Virus record (IMG/VR): IMGVR_UViG_3300037199_000067
Coordinates: 1-56,423 of that record
DNA: 56,423 nt
Strand: one strand, 5' to 3'
From: a virus
Lineage: Duplodnaviria; Caudoviricetes
Numbering within the stretch: position 1 is the first letter of the stretch; the number at the start of each line of letters is the position of its first letter. Positions 1 through 9,210 of the stretch are shown piece by piece. The notes below the pieces were generated by a model. That model saw only the letters and a program-made list of their open reading frames with translations. It made no database searches and was not told the DNA's origin. The position numbers and the translations under genes were made by a program.

Positions 1-127
1 GGCGACATCGTGGCCATCGTGAGCGACGACACGTTTGAACCAAATCCGGATTGGGAAAACGCTACCCATGGAATTGACTTTGGAAATCGCAGCCCACTGA
101 ACACAACTGACATCCAAACGGACAGCG
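1..127. repeat. Terminal direct repeat, identical to 56297-56423 (circular assembly overlap)
   Basis: GGCGACATCGTGG...CAAACGGACAGCG is present at both ends; 127 bp is a common assembler k-mer; the GroES frame continues across the join. Confidence 0.97.
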
Positions 128-189
128 CCAAGGCGGTTGGCTCCGGCGTCTGGTTAGACATCACGAACAACAACAAAACACATATATGA
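1..189 (+). CDS. groES: 3' part of GroES/cpn10 co-chaperonin (gene starts at 56036 and wraps around)
   Basis: Frame 1 reads GDIVAIVSDDTFEPNPDWENA...NKTHI*; stop TGA 187-189 overlaps the next ATG at 186. Confidence 0.85.
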   Translation, partial: GDIVAIVSDDTFEPNPDWENATHGIDFGNRSPLNTTDIQTDSAKAVGSGVWLDITNNNKTHI

Positions 190-452
190 AACACGCAAGA
201 CCAGACTACAATCGAATCCAAGACCCAGCGGTGCAAGACCCGAAACTGCTCAAGGAAGGCTCGACTCCAATAGCCGAAGATGAGCCGGTGTTCCTGCTCC
301 GCGCCCAAGACAAAACCGCCGCCGAAGTTGTGCGCTTTTGGGCGTATCTACAAACGCAGCAAGCCGGATGCTCCGTGCTGGCGGTTGACATGGCACACCG
401 TCACGCGAACCTCATGGACGCTTGGCCTAAACACAAAGTGGCTGATGTCTAA
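186..452 (+). CDS. Hypothetical phage protein (88 aa)
   Basis: ATGA coupling to groES; EDEPVFLLRAQD motif seen in small phage proteins. Confidence 0.75.
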   Translation: MKHARPDYNRIQDPAVQDPKLLKEGSTPIAEDEPVFLLRAQDKTAAEVVRFWAYLQTQQAGCSVLAVDMAHRHANLMDAWPKHKVADV

Positions 453-609
453 CCAAGGAATTGATATGCCATCAGCATCACCATCATCGGGCAGTTGCAA
501 CTACCCACAAACCAAGGTGGACCAGACGCCACGGTACGACCGGCGCAGCAGGAAGCGCAAGGCATCGCGCCCCGTGGCCCGAAAAATGAACAAGGTAAAA
601 TACCTCTGA
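445..609 (+). CDS. Small basic hypothetical protein (54 aa)
   Basis: ATG 445 overlaps the end of the upstream gene; TGATG coupling to the next gene. Confidence 0.55.
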   Translation: MSNQGIDMPSASPSSGSCNYPQTKVDQTPRYDRRSRKRKASRPVARKMNKVKYL

Positions 610-824
610 TGGCTGACGTGCCCACATTGCCGACGTACCCCAAGCCCAAGCCCCGGCCCGCCGCCACGTTGCCGAACACGATTCCGGTCCTCAATCACCC
701 AAAACAGGGTGCACCGTTGCAGAAGCTGGTGGGTAAGATGTTCAAGGGAAAGATGCCCAAGATCGGCCTGAAGCATTCACCAAAGGGGCCACGGAAACGG
801 AAGAACCAAGTGAATTTCTATTGA
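609..824 (+). CDS. Small Pro/Lys-rich hypothetical protein (71 aa)
   Basis: TGATG overlap at 607-611; ends 3 nt before the next ATG. Confidence 0.6.
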   Translation: MADVPTLPTYPKPKPRPAATLPNTIPVLNHPKQGAPLQKLVGKMFKGKMPKIGLKHSPKGPRKRKNQVNFY

Positions 825-827
825 TTT

Positions 828-1169
828 ATGAGCGAACCCACAAAAATACTGCACCCCACGCCCAAGATGGTTTTCATGTCATCTGGGAACAATGTATCAG
901 CCCATCGCAAGATGCTCGAAAGCCCGGAGTTCCAGCGGGCCATCGACTACGCCAAGTCGCACTACACCCGTGCGCTCCATGCGTCGGCTCCAAACAACCT
1001 GGATTCACCCAACTTCGCCAGCGCGGCGGCCATGTCATTCGAGCGCATCCAGGGCATGGAGGATTTCATCAGCATCCTGATGACGCTCTCCGAGACGCCT
1101 CCGCCGCTGCCCGAGCGCGCGCGTGGTGGTGACAACCTTGAGCAGCCGCCGCAGCCTCGGAGGAACTAA
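828..1169 (+). CDS. Hypothetical protein preceding the scaffold
   Basis: TTTATG start; tight operon packing. Confidence 0.75.
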   Translation: MSEPTKILHPTPKMVFMSSGNNVSAHRKMLESPEFQRAIDYAKSHYTRALHASAPNNLDSPNFASAAAMSFERIQGMEDFISILMTLSETPPPLPERARGGDNLEQPPQPRRN

Positions 1170-1172
1170 ATT

Positions 1173-2456
1173 ATGCCCCCAGCACCCGCCGCCCCGCCGC
1201 CGGCAGCGCCACTCGCGCCGCCGCCTCCGCCGCCCGCGCCCACGACCACCATCCGGGTGTCGGAGATGCCGGGCACGCCCACGCCCAACGCTCCGCCGAA
1301 GAAGGGTAGTGTGCGCGACAGCATGTTCAAGAAGCTGCGCGAGAAGGCGACCACCGGGCCGCCGATGGATGATGCGGAGCCAACACCCACGCCCGAGCCG
1401 CGAGCGCCATCCACGCCATCGAACCAGCCCGAACCGGAGCCGGAGCCAGCCACTGAGCCAACGCCGGCGGAGCCAACCGCAGCGACTGACCCCAAGGCCG
1501 CTGCCGACCCCAAAAAGGGCAAGGTGAACCCGTGGAAGCTGGTGGACGAGTACAAGGGCAAGATCGCCAAACTGGAGTCTGAGGTAGCCGAGGCCGGAAA
1601 ACGCGGTATTCCGAAGCCCGAATGGGAAGCCGTTCAATCGAAACTCACCAAGGTCGAGGCTCGTGCCAAGGAGCTGGAGGAGGAAATCAAGTACGTCAAC
1701 TACACCAAGAGCGAGGAGTACAAGGTCAAGTACGAGGAGCCTTATGTGAAGGCATGGGGCCGCGCCATGGGTGAGTTGAAGGAGCTGACCGTGGAAGACG
1801 GACAAGGCAACCAGCGTCCGGTCAGTCAGGACGATTTGCTGGAACTGGTCAACCTGCCGCTGGTCAAGGCCAAGCAGATGGCCACCGAGAAGTTCGGTGA
1901 ATTCGCCGACGAGGTGATGTCTCATCGCAAGGAAATCCGCAAGCTGCACGACGAATCCGCCGCCGCTCTGGAGCAGGCCCGCAAGGCCGCCGGCGAGCGA
2001 GAGACCGCCACCGGAGCCCAACAGAAGGAAATGCAAAGCTCAGTGCTCCAGGAATGGAACCGCTCGAACGAGGAGATTGTCTCGAACGAGAAGTACGGCA
2101 CCTACTTCAAGCCGGTCGAGGGCGACGAGCAGGGCAATCAACGGCTGGCCAAGGGATTCGAGCTGGCGGACCGCGCCTTCTCCGAAAGCCCGCTGGACCC
2201 CCGACTGACACCCGAGCAGCGCAAATCCATCGTCCAGCGCCATGCCGTAGTCCGTAACCGCGCTGCCGCATTTGGCCGGCTTGTGCATCAAATCGGACAG
2301 AAGGAAGCCCGCATCGCCGAGCTGGAGAAGGAACTGAGCGGCTACCGTGGCAGTGAGCCGGACGCGGAAGGCAGACGCCCAGCGCCAACCAGTCAGGCAG
2401 CCGGCGGCACCAAGATGGATGGCGTGCTGGCGGATTTGAGGAGACGGGCGAAGTAA
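1173..2456 (+). CDS. Putative capsid scaffolding protein
   Basis: Pro/Ala/Glu-rich N-terminus, long coiled-coil-like charged helices, basic C-terminus; directly upstream of the major capsid gene. Confidence 0.7.
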   Translation: MPPAPAAPPPAAPLAPPPPPPAPTTTIRVSEMPGTPTPNAPPKKGSVRDSMFKKLREKATTGPPMDDAEPTPTPEPRAPSTPSNQPEPEPEPATEPTPAEPTAATDPKAAADPKKGKVNPWKLVDEYKGKIAKLESEVAEAGKRGIPKPEWEAVQSKLTKVEARAKELEEEIKYVNYTKSEEYKVKYEEPYVKAWGRAMGELKELTVEDGQGNQRPVSQDDLLELVNLPLVKAKQMATEKFGEFADEVMSHRKEIRKLHDESAAALEQARKAAGERETATGAQQKEMQSSVLQEWNRSNEEIVSNEKYGTYFKPVEGDEQGNQRLAKGFELADRAFSESPLDPRLTPEQRKSIVQRHAVVRNRAAAFGRLVHQIGQKEARIAELEKELSGYRGSEPDAEGRRPAPTSQAAGGTKMDGVLADLRRRAK

Positions 2457-2625
2457 GTACTAATAAAGGACAAATTAGTACCAAATTAGTATTTGGGATT
2501 GATGCGGGTGATCAAACGCCACTCGGATAAACATATACCCAGCGCCTGAGAACATCATAGAGCGGGCGTAAATCCTCAGTCGAGTACAGCGGCTGGGGAT
2601 TTTTAGTTGCGTTGGAAAATTAGAT

Positions 2626-2654
2626 TTGACAGACCTACCTCCAGGTGTTAAAGC
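2626..2654 (+). promoter_or_regulatory. Sigma70-type promoter for the capsid gene
   Basis: TTGACA (2626-31), 17-bp spacer, TGn-TAAAGC (2649-54). Confidence 0.6.
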
Positions 2655-2660
2655 ATGAAC

Positions 2661-2838
2661 GTCGGCTATCCGACTCTCCCCGGTGAATTCCGGCGCTGCC
2701 AGCCAGTAGCGTAAGAAAATTGGTAAGCCCATCGGTGGGCCATAGAAGTTCTTCTTCAAACCGATTCACGCAGTCAATGTCGCAATGTGCGACCAACAAA
2801 ATGAATCGACACAAACAAATTGAAAGAAAGAGTTTCTT
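2661..2838 (+). ncRNA. Highly structured capsid 5' leader / candidate ncRNA
   Basis: Serial hairpins GTCGG-CTAT-CCGAC, CCGG-N6-CCGG, CGCTGC-N6-GTAGCG, GCCCA-TCGG-TGGGC, and CGATTCA...TGAATCG enclosing GTCGCA-ATG-TGCGAC. Confidence 0.45.
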
Positions 2839-4425
2839 ATGTCATGCCCAGGAAGTATAATCCAAGCTTGTGATTTTCCACAATTTTTAGTAGACCAGAC
2901 GCCCAAGTTTGACGAACTCATCATGGAGGATATTCGTCCAACCGATGGCTGGCTCCTCAACGTCTCGACTGGCACTACGCCCATGGGCACGCCGGTTGAA
3001 ATCACGCAGGACCGCTTCCGTTCGGTCTGGCCCAATACCACGAAGGTGTGGACGAAGGTTCAGGCCAATGGTCCGGGTTGCGTGGGCAGTCCGTGCGACC
3101 AGCCTGAGCACCAGATTGGCTGGGGCGCAGACCGTCTGACGTACTTCGCCGAACAGCAGACATGGGGCACGCCGCTGTTGTGCTACGACCAGGACATGCA
3201 CATCACGCACGCCGAGCAGCACATCTCGCAGATCATCAGCGAAATCCTGCGCCCGGCCACCACGGCGATTTCCAACAATTTCCTTCGCAAACGCGCCCTT
3301 TTGTGGGCCAAAAACCACTGGGTGGCCAATGGCTCGTTCGGTAACGCGACCACCAACCAGTTCACGTTCCAGTGGGTCAACCCCATCACCGGACTGTTGA
3401 GCGGTCCCAATGGCGACGAGGAAGGTTACTTCTACTGCTCGGCCTCCCCGACCAACGTGTACCTGCTGGTTCCGCAGATGTTGCAGAACCGCTTCAGCCC
3501 GTTGATGCGCGTGGGTTACGCCGGCAAGAATCCTTTCAAGGAAACAGCTCCGTTCATCGAGCTGGTCACCGACATGGACACCTGCTGGTCCCTGGACAAG
3601 CTGGGCGGCCAGTCGGGCGGTGGCGGTGGCGTGGGCGGCGATTACCCGTCCGTGCTGGGCAACTGGCGCTTCACTGAGTGGGGCGCGGCCAACAACTACT
3701 GGCGCTACGGTTTCAGCGGCCAGATGGGCAATTACATGGTCCGCGTGGATGAAATGGGTCTCCGTTTCAACTACGTCGGCGACCTTGGCCCCTCGGCGGC
3801 CCCGAACCGCTACCAGTACCAGATTGTGCTGCCCTTCCGGAACAACATCACGACCGGCGCGGGCGGCGCGGCTGGCCTTGGCTCCGACCCCAATCCGGAC
3901 TTCGATCAGGCACAGTTCTGTGTGTCCTTCATCACCCACAAAAAGGCGATGGAACTGCTCGTTCCTGACGCGCGGCCCCTCAACCCCGAGATGCCCTTTG
4001 GTCACCGTGATTTCGGTGGTCGCTGGCGCTTCGCGATGAACAACCTTGGCGCTGACAGCAACGGCACGGTCATCAGCAACAAGTGGGAAAACAAGGGCCA
4101 GTTCATTTCGTGGTTCAAATACTACGTCCGCCCGCTCCATTACGAGTTCATGGAAGCCATCTTCCACATGCGCGAACAGTTCTGCATCCCCTTGTTCGGC
4201 ACCTGTAATCCGAGCCCCGGATACCCGACGCAGTATTACAACAGCGCGCTGCCGAGCTGCCCGCTGCCCAGTGGCTGGCCCTCGAACAGCGGACCCATCC
4301 CGGTGCCCACGACGAGCGACACGTTCGACAACGTCACCGAGAAGATTGTCACTGGGGACACCGCGCCGAACACCGCGTTCCAGACGCTGCCGCCGTTGGC
4401 TCCTGGTAACCCGCTGGACCAATAA
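2839..4425 (+). CDS. Major capsid protein (putative, 528 aa)
   Basis: Follows the scaffold, has its own promoter, strongly biased codon usage, suitable size. Confidence 0.7.
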   Translation: MSCPGSIIQACDFPQFLVDQTPKFDELIMEDIRPTDGWLLNVSTGTTPMGTPVEITQDRFRSVWPNTTKVWTKVQANGPGCVGSPCDQPEHQIGWGADRLTYFAEQQTWGTPLLCYDQDMHITHAEQHISQIISEILRPATTAISNNFLRKRALLWAKNHWVANGSFGNATTNQFTFQWVNPITGLLSGPNGDEEGYFYCSASPTNVYLLVPQMLQNRFSPLMRVGYAGKNPFKETAPFIELVTDMDTCWSLDKLGGQSGGGGGVGGDYPSVLGNWRFTEWGAANNYWRYGFSGQMGNYMVRVDEMGLRFNYVGDLGPSAAPNRYQYQIVLPFRNNITTGAGGAAGLGSDPNPDFDQAQFCVSFITHKKAMELLVPDARPLNPEMPFGHRDFGGRWRFAMNNLGADSNGTVISNKWENKGQFISWFKYYVRPLHYEFMEAIFHMREQFCIPLFGTCNPSPGYPTQYYNSALPSCPLPSGWPSNSGPIPVPTTSDTFDNVTEKIVTGDTAPNTAFQTLPPLAPGNPLDQ

Positions 4426-4488
4426 TCCAGCACGAATCGAATTGCGCCGGCGCTCCATGTGGGGCGCCGGCCAATCTGAAAGGACACC

Positions 4489-4791
4489 ATGCCAGACGAC
4501 GATTTCAGCGACGGCCCGGCGGACGCTCCTGCGCCGCCCCAGGGCGACGATTCCGACCCCAAAGCCGAAGGAGACGATTCAGCCACCGGACTGCTCCCCA
4601 AGTCAGTCCTGGGTGGCAAGGAATTGAAGCCGGGCGACGAGTGCACCCTCCAAATCGTGGCCGACCACGGCGACGAGTACGAGGTCAAGTACGCCGATCA
4701 GGGCGCTGAGGAGCCCCAAGACCCGGATGGACCAGGCAGCAGCCCACCGGCGGCTCCGGGTGGTGGTATGGAATCAATGTTACAGGACTGA
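4489..4791 (+). CDS. Acidic hypothetical protein (100 aa)
   Basis: Clean ORF in the structural operon. Confidence 0.7.
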   Translation: MPDDDFSDGPADAPAPPQGDDSDPKAEGDDSATGLLPKSVLGGKELKPGDECTLQIVADHGDEYEVKYADQGAEEPQDPDGPGSSPPAAPGGGMESMLQD

Positions 4792-4794
4792 TGA

Positions 4795-5085
4795 ATGCCC
4801 AAGCAACGCTCAGCTTTCAAACTGCCCGTAAGGCCGGGTTTAGTGCTGCCACAATCCGTTGCCAGGGACTTTAACCGCTCATCTTTCAGGGATTACCTGA
4901 CTTCCGACCAGCGCCGGATTATACGGTTGCAGTTGCTGCTTCAGATACTCCAGAGGCTCAATCCGGGGTATTCACTGAACATGACAACGCTCATGGCATC
5001 GGCGCAGCAGTACTTCGTGCTGTCAGCAACCAACAAAACCCTGTGCAAGCTGCAACTGCTTCGGCAGATAGCAATGTGCACCTGA
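4795..5085 (+). CDS. Hypothetical virion protein, LQLL-repeat paralog 1
   Basis: Two RLQLLLQI/KLQLLRQI motifs shared with the next three genes. Confidence 0.6.
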   Translation: MPKQRSAFKLPVRPGLVLPQSVARDFNRSSFRDYLTSDQRRIIRLQLLLQILQRLNPGYSLNMTTLMASAQQYFVLSATNKTLCKLQLLRQIAMCT

Positions 5086-5088
5086 TTT

Positions 5089-5685
5089 ATGGCCAAATGC
5101 GATGTACCAACTTTGGTTTCGAGAACCTCGGGTTTCGCCAACATGCTCACGCCTGGGATGCGCCCGCTGGCCAGGGTCGCGCTGCTGACCTCGATTCTGC
5201 AAAGAACCCAGCCCTCTTTCACTCCCAATCTGGCTACCATCAATAGCCTGCTCGCCAGCGCGAAGTGCTTCACCTGCCTGTCTCCGGGTGAGCAGCAGGT
5301 GATGAAGGTGCAGTTGCTTTGTGAGATTTTGAATGCCCCAGGAGTTCCCGGCGGCACAGCCCCAACAGTGTCTATCGCTGACCCATTTAACAACGGAAGT
5401 TCCACGGTGTCATTCTTGGGTACACCAACTGATAGCTCAATGACGGTTGTATTGGTGCAGGCCGGTATTATAGGAACTCCAGGATTGCAGTTGGTCAAAG
5501 TTCTTTATGGCGGAACCTATGGCAGCGCCAGAACGGTGAGTGTCACCCCGCTGTTCACACCGCCAACCGGAGTGGTGATTGTGGTCCAAAACAACACCAA
5601 TACCGGATTCACCATCACTGCCAATATCGGCGTAGGTGACTCGATTCCAGTCGGCACCTACCAGTTCGCAATAACCACCTCCTGA
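5089..5685 (+). CDS. Hypothetical virion protein, LQLLCEI paralog 2 with beta-rich C-terminus
   Basis: MAKCDVPTL...CFTCLSPGEQQVMKVQLLCEI. Confidence 0.7.
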   Translation: MAKCDVPTLVSRTSGFANMLTPGMRPLARVALLTSILQRTQPSFTPNLATINSLLASAKCFTCLSPGEQQVMKVQLLCEILNAPGVPGGTAPTVSIADPFNNGSSTVSFLGTPTDSSMTVVLVQAGIIGTPGLQLVKVLYGGTYGSARTVSVTPLFTPPTGVVIVVQNNTNTGFTITANIGVGDSIPVGTYQFAITTS

Positions 5686-5689
5686 TCTC

Positions 5690-5947
5690 ATGGCCACCTG
5701 CGACATCAACACCCTGCTGGCAAACGCCCAGATATTCTCCGGTCTGACTCCGGGGATGTGGGACGCCATCGAGCTGCAACTGCTCTGTGAGATTTACAAC
5801 TCGCAGTTGGTGACTGTAAGCATCAATGTCGCTCCGGATTACATCAACTACGCCGGGCCGCCGGTGCTGAATCCTCCGAGCCTCCAAAACATCGTGGTGG
5901 ACTCCGGGGGCAGGCAATGGCAGTATTACAATGGCGGTTGGCACTGA
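5690..5947 (+). CDS. Hypothetical virion protein, LQLLCEI paralog 3
   Basis: MATCDINTLLANA...IELQLLCEI...VVDSGGRQWQYYNGGWH. Confidence 0.75.
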   Translation: MATCDINTLLANAQIFSGLTPGMWDAIELQLLCEIYNSQLVTVSINVAPDYINYAGPPVLNPPSLQNIVVDSGGRQWQYYNGGWH

Positions 5948-5951
5948 TTTT

Positions 5952-6221
5952 ATGGCTATCTGCAACATACAAACCCTACTGGCGAACGCCTCCTGCTTTA
6001 ACTGTCTGAGCGAAGGCGAACTGGCGGTCATTGAACTTCAGCTCCTGTGCGAGATACTGAGCGCCGGAGGGACTGGAAGCGGGGGCGGCGGCATTCAGGG
6101 ATTCTCTGGAAATTACGGCGGCGGTCAGCCGACCTCGACGCCGACATCAGGAAACATAGGGTACGCCGTTGACACCAGCAATGGTCGCCAGTGGGTGTAC
6201 TACTCGGGAGCATGGCATTGA
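5952..6221 (+). CDS. Hypothetical virion protein, LQLLCEI paralog 4
   Basis: MAICNIQTLLANASCFNCL...IELQLLCEI...AVDTSNGRQWVYYSGAWH; TTTATG start. Confidence 0.75.
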   Translation: MAICNIQTLLANASCFNCLSEGELAVIELQLLCEILSAGGTGSGGGGIQGFSGNYGGGQPTSTPTSGNIGYAVDTSNGRQWVYYSGAWH

Positions 6222-6223
6222 TT

Positions 6224-8365
6224 ATGAAAAAACTGATTATCTCACTGATGGTGCTGCTGGGGCTGTCGGCCTCGGCGCAGAACTACTATGTCGGCCAGTT
6301 CAGTGGGCTGGACGTTGGCAACACAGGAATTGTTAATCAGGCCGGCCAAACCATCGACCAGCGAGCCACCACAGCGGCGGCGAATGTGGTTTCAACCGGG
6401 GCAGTCGCCTCGGTGTATGGCCAAAGTTCAGCGAGTTCCAACTTGGTCGGTCAGGCATTTCTAAGTAATTACAATATAAAATACAGAGCGAATGGCGGTA
6501 GGCCCATTATGGCGTTTACCGGAGAGGCTTCTTCCCCAAATCAAAGTTACACCTCAACAACAAATCAGCTTATACCTGCAATTCAACTGGGCTATGTGGC
6601 CGCCGGGTACAACACCTATTTAGCAGACGAGCAAGACCTAGTAGCCCACACCAACATTGGTGGAGTGGTTTTTCCGTTAATCACTAATTCATTTCCGAGT
6701 GCTGGCGAAGTTGGGGGAGTTGGTTATCTTCCACTCATCAATAATTTCCTAAAACCCAATGGAATAACTGGATTTGGAGTGCTGTTTGAAATCGGCCCGT
6801 CGGCAGCAGCTGGCATTGGAATGGCTCCCTACTGGGACAGAGACGTGATGTACGCCACTACAAACTGGGGGGTGTCTGTTTGGTCGTTGTATATGGATGA
6901 AACAAACTACAATCCATATTGGTACGACATGGAGCGCACTTTGCAAGCGATTGAAGCAACTGGGAGCAACTGTTATATTTTCACCGGCGGATTTGTTGGT
7001 GTTCGCAATTTTGGATTGCCTAATGGAGAATTAACAAATATCAACTACTTTTCACCATCCTACTTTGCCCCTTATGTGAATTGCCAAACAGTAGGAAATG
7101 TAGACCCGACTTCGTATCAAAATTTCTTTAATATTTGGTTTACATATGTAACCCCCTATCTCGCTCTGGAAGCGCCGGGATATTCAATTTCAGAAACGTA
7201 TTGCTTAGGGTGGGGTAGCGGTGTGCCGGAACAATGGGGTACGATGTTCCAAATGGAAGCACTCACAGAATCGCCTTTAGTTCTTTCCATTGCTGGGAGT
7301 TGGAATCATTACGGCGTGAACACGGCATGGTTGCCTCAAGACGCAGCCCTGATTGCCATAGATCAAAACGTAAACCGACCACCTATAACCAATCCGCTAA
7401 ATACCAATGGTGTTACGTTCTGGGTAGGTGCGGCAACCTTTGATGCCGTTCCGAATACTTGGTATGTTGGAGTTTGGAATACCAATACCTACTCAACAAA
7501 TTTAGTGACAGTTCCATTATCCGCTTTAGGACTTTACGGATACAGCACAAATCAACCGACAACGATTTGGGATGCCACCATGCAGGCAACGGCGGGATAT
7601 GTCACCAATGGTCTTTGGACCATGACGAACAGCATGAATGGTGGTTCGGGCTACAATACAAACCTGTCGGCTGGTGATGCGACGGTCTATGTGCTGAAAC
7701 GGGGCTTGGTTTCAGACTGGTCGGGCGGAACTTCGACCATGACCAGTGGTCATCCATTGGCAACCTTCTCACCTGGAACCCAGAATAGTTCCTATGCGAT
7801 TGGGTTTAACCGCGATTACTGGTTGTGTACAACAACCTCTGGATATACAAATGTGGCAGTCTCGTCCTATGGAGGAATCACCCCAACCAACTTCATATCG
7901 ACGGCTTTTACCAACATGAGCCTGACCTATACGACATGGCCTGCAACCAATTTCACAACAGCTTTTAGTTGCTATGATGGATTTTACTTACCTGCCACTT
8001 ACACGATGACATTATCTGCTTACACCAACGGAGTTCTTGCGACAAGCGTAACAGTACCCGGTTCCACCGTATCACAGGGGGCCAGTTCCAACCTCACGGT
8101 GAACCTTACGGGCGTCACGACGCTAACCCTTACCGAATCCGAGAATGCGGCAATGCAGGGCGGTGGCGGCATCCCGATTGCTTTAGTTAATCCGGTATTG
8201 CAATCGCCGTACTCGACGGTTTATCAAGGGAACAATGTTGTGGCAATTCCAACCTACTTTCCTGTTACTGGAATGACCACCAACATCCAATTTACGGATG
8301 GTTTGATTAGCACCAATACCCTGTATTTCACAAACGGGGTTTTACAGGGCGTAACTAAACCATGA
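6224..8365 (+). CDS. Signal-peptide protein with degenerate GH27 (alpha-galactosidase/melibiase)-like barrel and NPCBM-like C-terminal domain
   Basis: Signal MKKLIISLMVLLGLSASA; GH27-like motifs in correct order (PIMAF, GYNTYLADE, FPS..GFGV, NWGVS, APGY, ESPLVL, LIAIDQ); C-terminal LTVNLTGVTTLTL...ALVNPVL; visibly AT-richer than flanks. Confidence 0.55.
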   Translation: MKKLIISLMVLLGLSASAQNYYVGQFSGLDVGNTGIVNQAGQTIDQRATTAAANVVSTGAVASVYGQSSASSNLVGQAFLSNYNIKYRANGGRPIMAFTGEASSPNQSYTSTTNQLIPAIQLGYVAAGYNTYLADEQDLVAHTNIGGVVFPLITNSFPSAGEVGGVGYLPLINNFLKPNGITGFGVLFEIGPSAAAGIGMAPYWDRDVMYATTNWGVSVWSLYMDETNYNPYWYDMERTLQAIEATGSNCYIFTGGFVGVRNFGLPNGELTNINYFSPSYFAPYVNCQTVGNVDPTSYQNFFNIWFTYVTPYLALEAPGYSISETYCLGWGSGVPEQWGTMFQMEALTESPLVLSIAGSWNHYGVNTAWLPQDAALIAIDQNVNRPPITNPLNTNGVTFWVGAATFDAVPNTWYVGVWNTNTYSTNLVTVPLSALGLYGYSTNQPTTIWDATMQATAGYVTNGLWTMTNSMNGGSGYNTNLSAGDATVYVLKRGLVSDWSGGTSTMTSGHPLATFSPGTQNSSYAIGFNRDYWLCTTTSGYTNVAVSSYGGITPTNFISTAFTNMSLTYTTWPATNFTTAFSCYDGFYLPATYTMTLSAYTNGVLATSVTVPGSTVSQGASSNLTVNLTGVTTLTLTESENAAMQGGGGIPIALVNPVLQSPYSTVYQGNNVVAIPTYFPVTGMTTNIQFTDGLISTNTLYFTNGVLQGVTKP

Positions 8366-8940
8366 CCCTCCTTCGCACCATCCTTCTGTCTTGTTTCCTT
8401 TGCGCTTCGGCGTGGGGGCAGGGCTGGTTGCTGGTTCAGCCGCCGGTTCACGGCCCGGCGATTACGTTCATGGACGGCACCGGCCAGCAGGCTCCGGGCG
8501 TGTTGACCAGCTTCTCCATGGTTAGAATCACCGACGACCAGGGCACGATAACCGGGGCGACGGTGGTTTGCGTCTCGCCGGACATGGGCCGCGTGTGGAT
8601 TGCGCCGCTGCATCACGTTGGGAATGACTTACTCGTCTCCACGGACAATTACAGCGATGGCGCTACGGTGGTTTATACCAACAGCCTCACCGGGGCGGGT
8701 CTGGAACTGAGCACGCCGGACGGCTCGCCCGTTGTCTGTCAGGTCAAGGAGACGTTGCAGGATTTGACGTGGCTCGCGGAGACGAATCCATCGCCATGGT
8801 GCGTCCCGTTCAGCGCACCATCACAGTTTTTCAACCTGTCGCCAAACGTCACCGCCAAGTGGTTTGTCAACTCGCTGGCGACTGAACAGCCCGTGGACAC
8901 CAACACAGACGAAACGGCCAGTGTGCCGCCGATGCCATGA
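8362..8940 (+). CDS. Secreted hypothetical protein
   Basis: ATGA coupling; signal-like N-terminus ending ASAWG. Confidence 0.65.
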   Translation: MTLLRTILLSCFLCASAWGQGWLLVQPPVHGPAITFMDGTGQQAPGVLTSFSMVRITDDQGTITGATVVCVSPDMGRVWIAPLHHVGNDLLVSTDNYSDGATVVYTNSLTGAGLELSTPDGSPVVCQVKETLQDLTWLAETNPSPWCVPFSAPSQFFNLSPNVTAKWFVNSLATEQPVDTNTDETASVPPMP

Positions 8941-9179
8941 AGAACAAATACAACCTTGTTCACCGTCCCGCGCTCAAGCGAATGACGGTCATTGCCCAAT
9001 GGCTCATGTCGGGAAAGCCGTTCAGCGCGACGACCATCTGCAACGAGCTTGAGCTGGCGTGGCCGCACACGATTCACCGGGACATCGACTTTCTGAGAGA
9101 CCAACTCGGGTACACGATTGAGTGGAACTTTTCACGGCGGACTTACGAGGGCCATCCCCCAAGGGAGAGGATTTTGTGA
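8937..9179 (+). CDS. Stand-alone winged HTH resembling the N-terminal domain of WYL-family regulators
   Basis: RPALKRM..I...SGK...ATTICNELE...TIHRDIDFLRDQLGYTIEW...RRTY; no WYL domain follows. Confidence 0.7.
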   Translation: MKNKYNLVHRPALKRMTVIAQWLMSGKPFSATTICNELELAWPHTIHRDIDFLRDQLGYTIEWNFSRRTYEGHPPRERIL

Positions 9180-9210
9180 AACAGTTATTCAAACGGAAAG
9201 GGATGAAGGG

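Noticed and set aside
1-127. 127-bp terminal repeat as a biological direct terminal repeat
   Set aside because: Its length equals a standard assembler k-mer and it falls in the middle of groES; it indicates circularity only.
2887-4458. Long antisense ORFs (also 1035-2036, 15866-17002, 12782-13801, 24409-25290, 33404-34300)
   Set aside because: These are shadow frames of GC3-rich real genes, with no motifs or start context.
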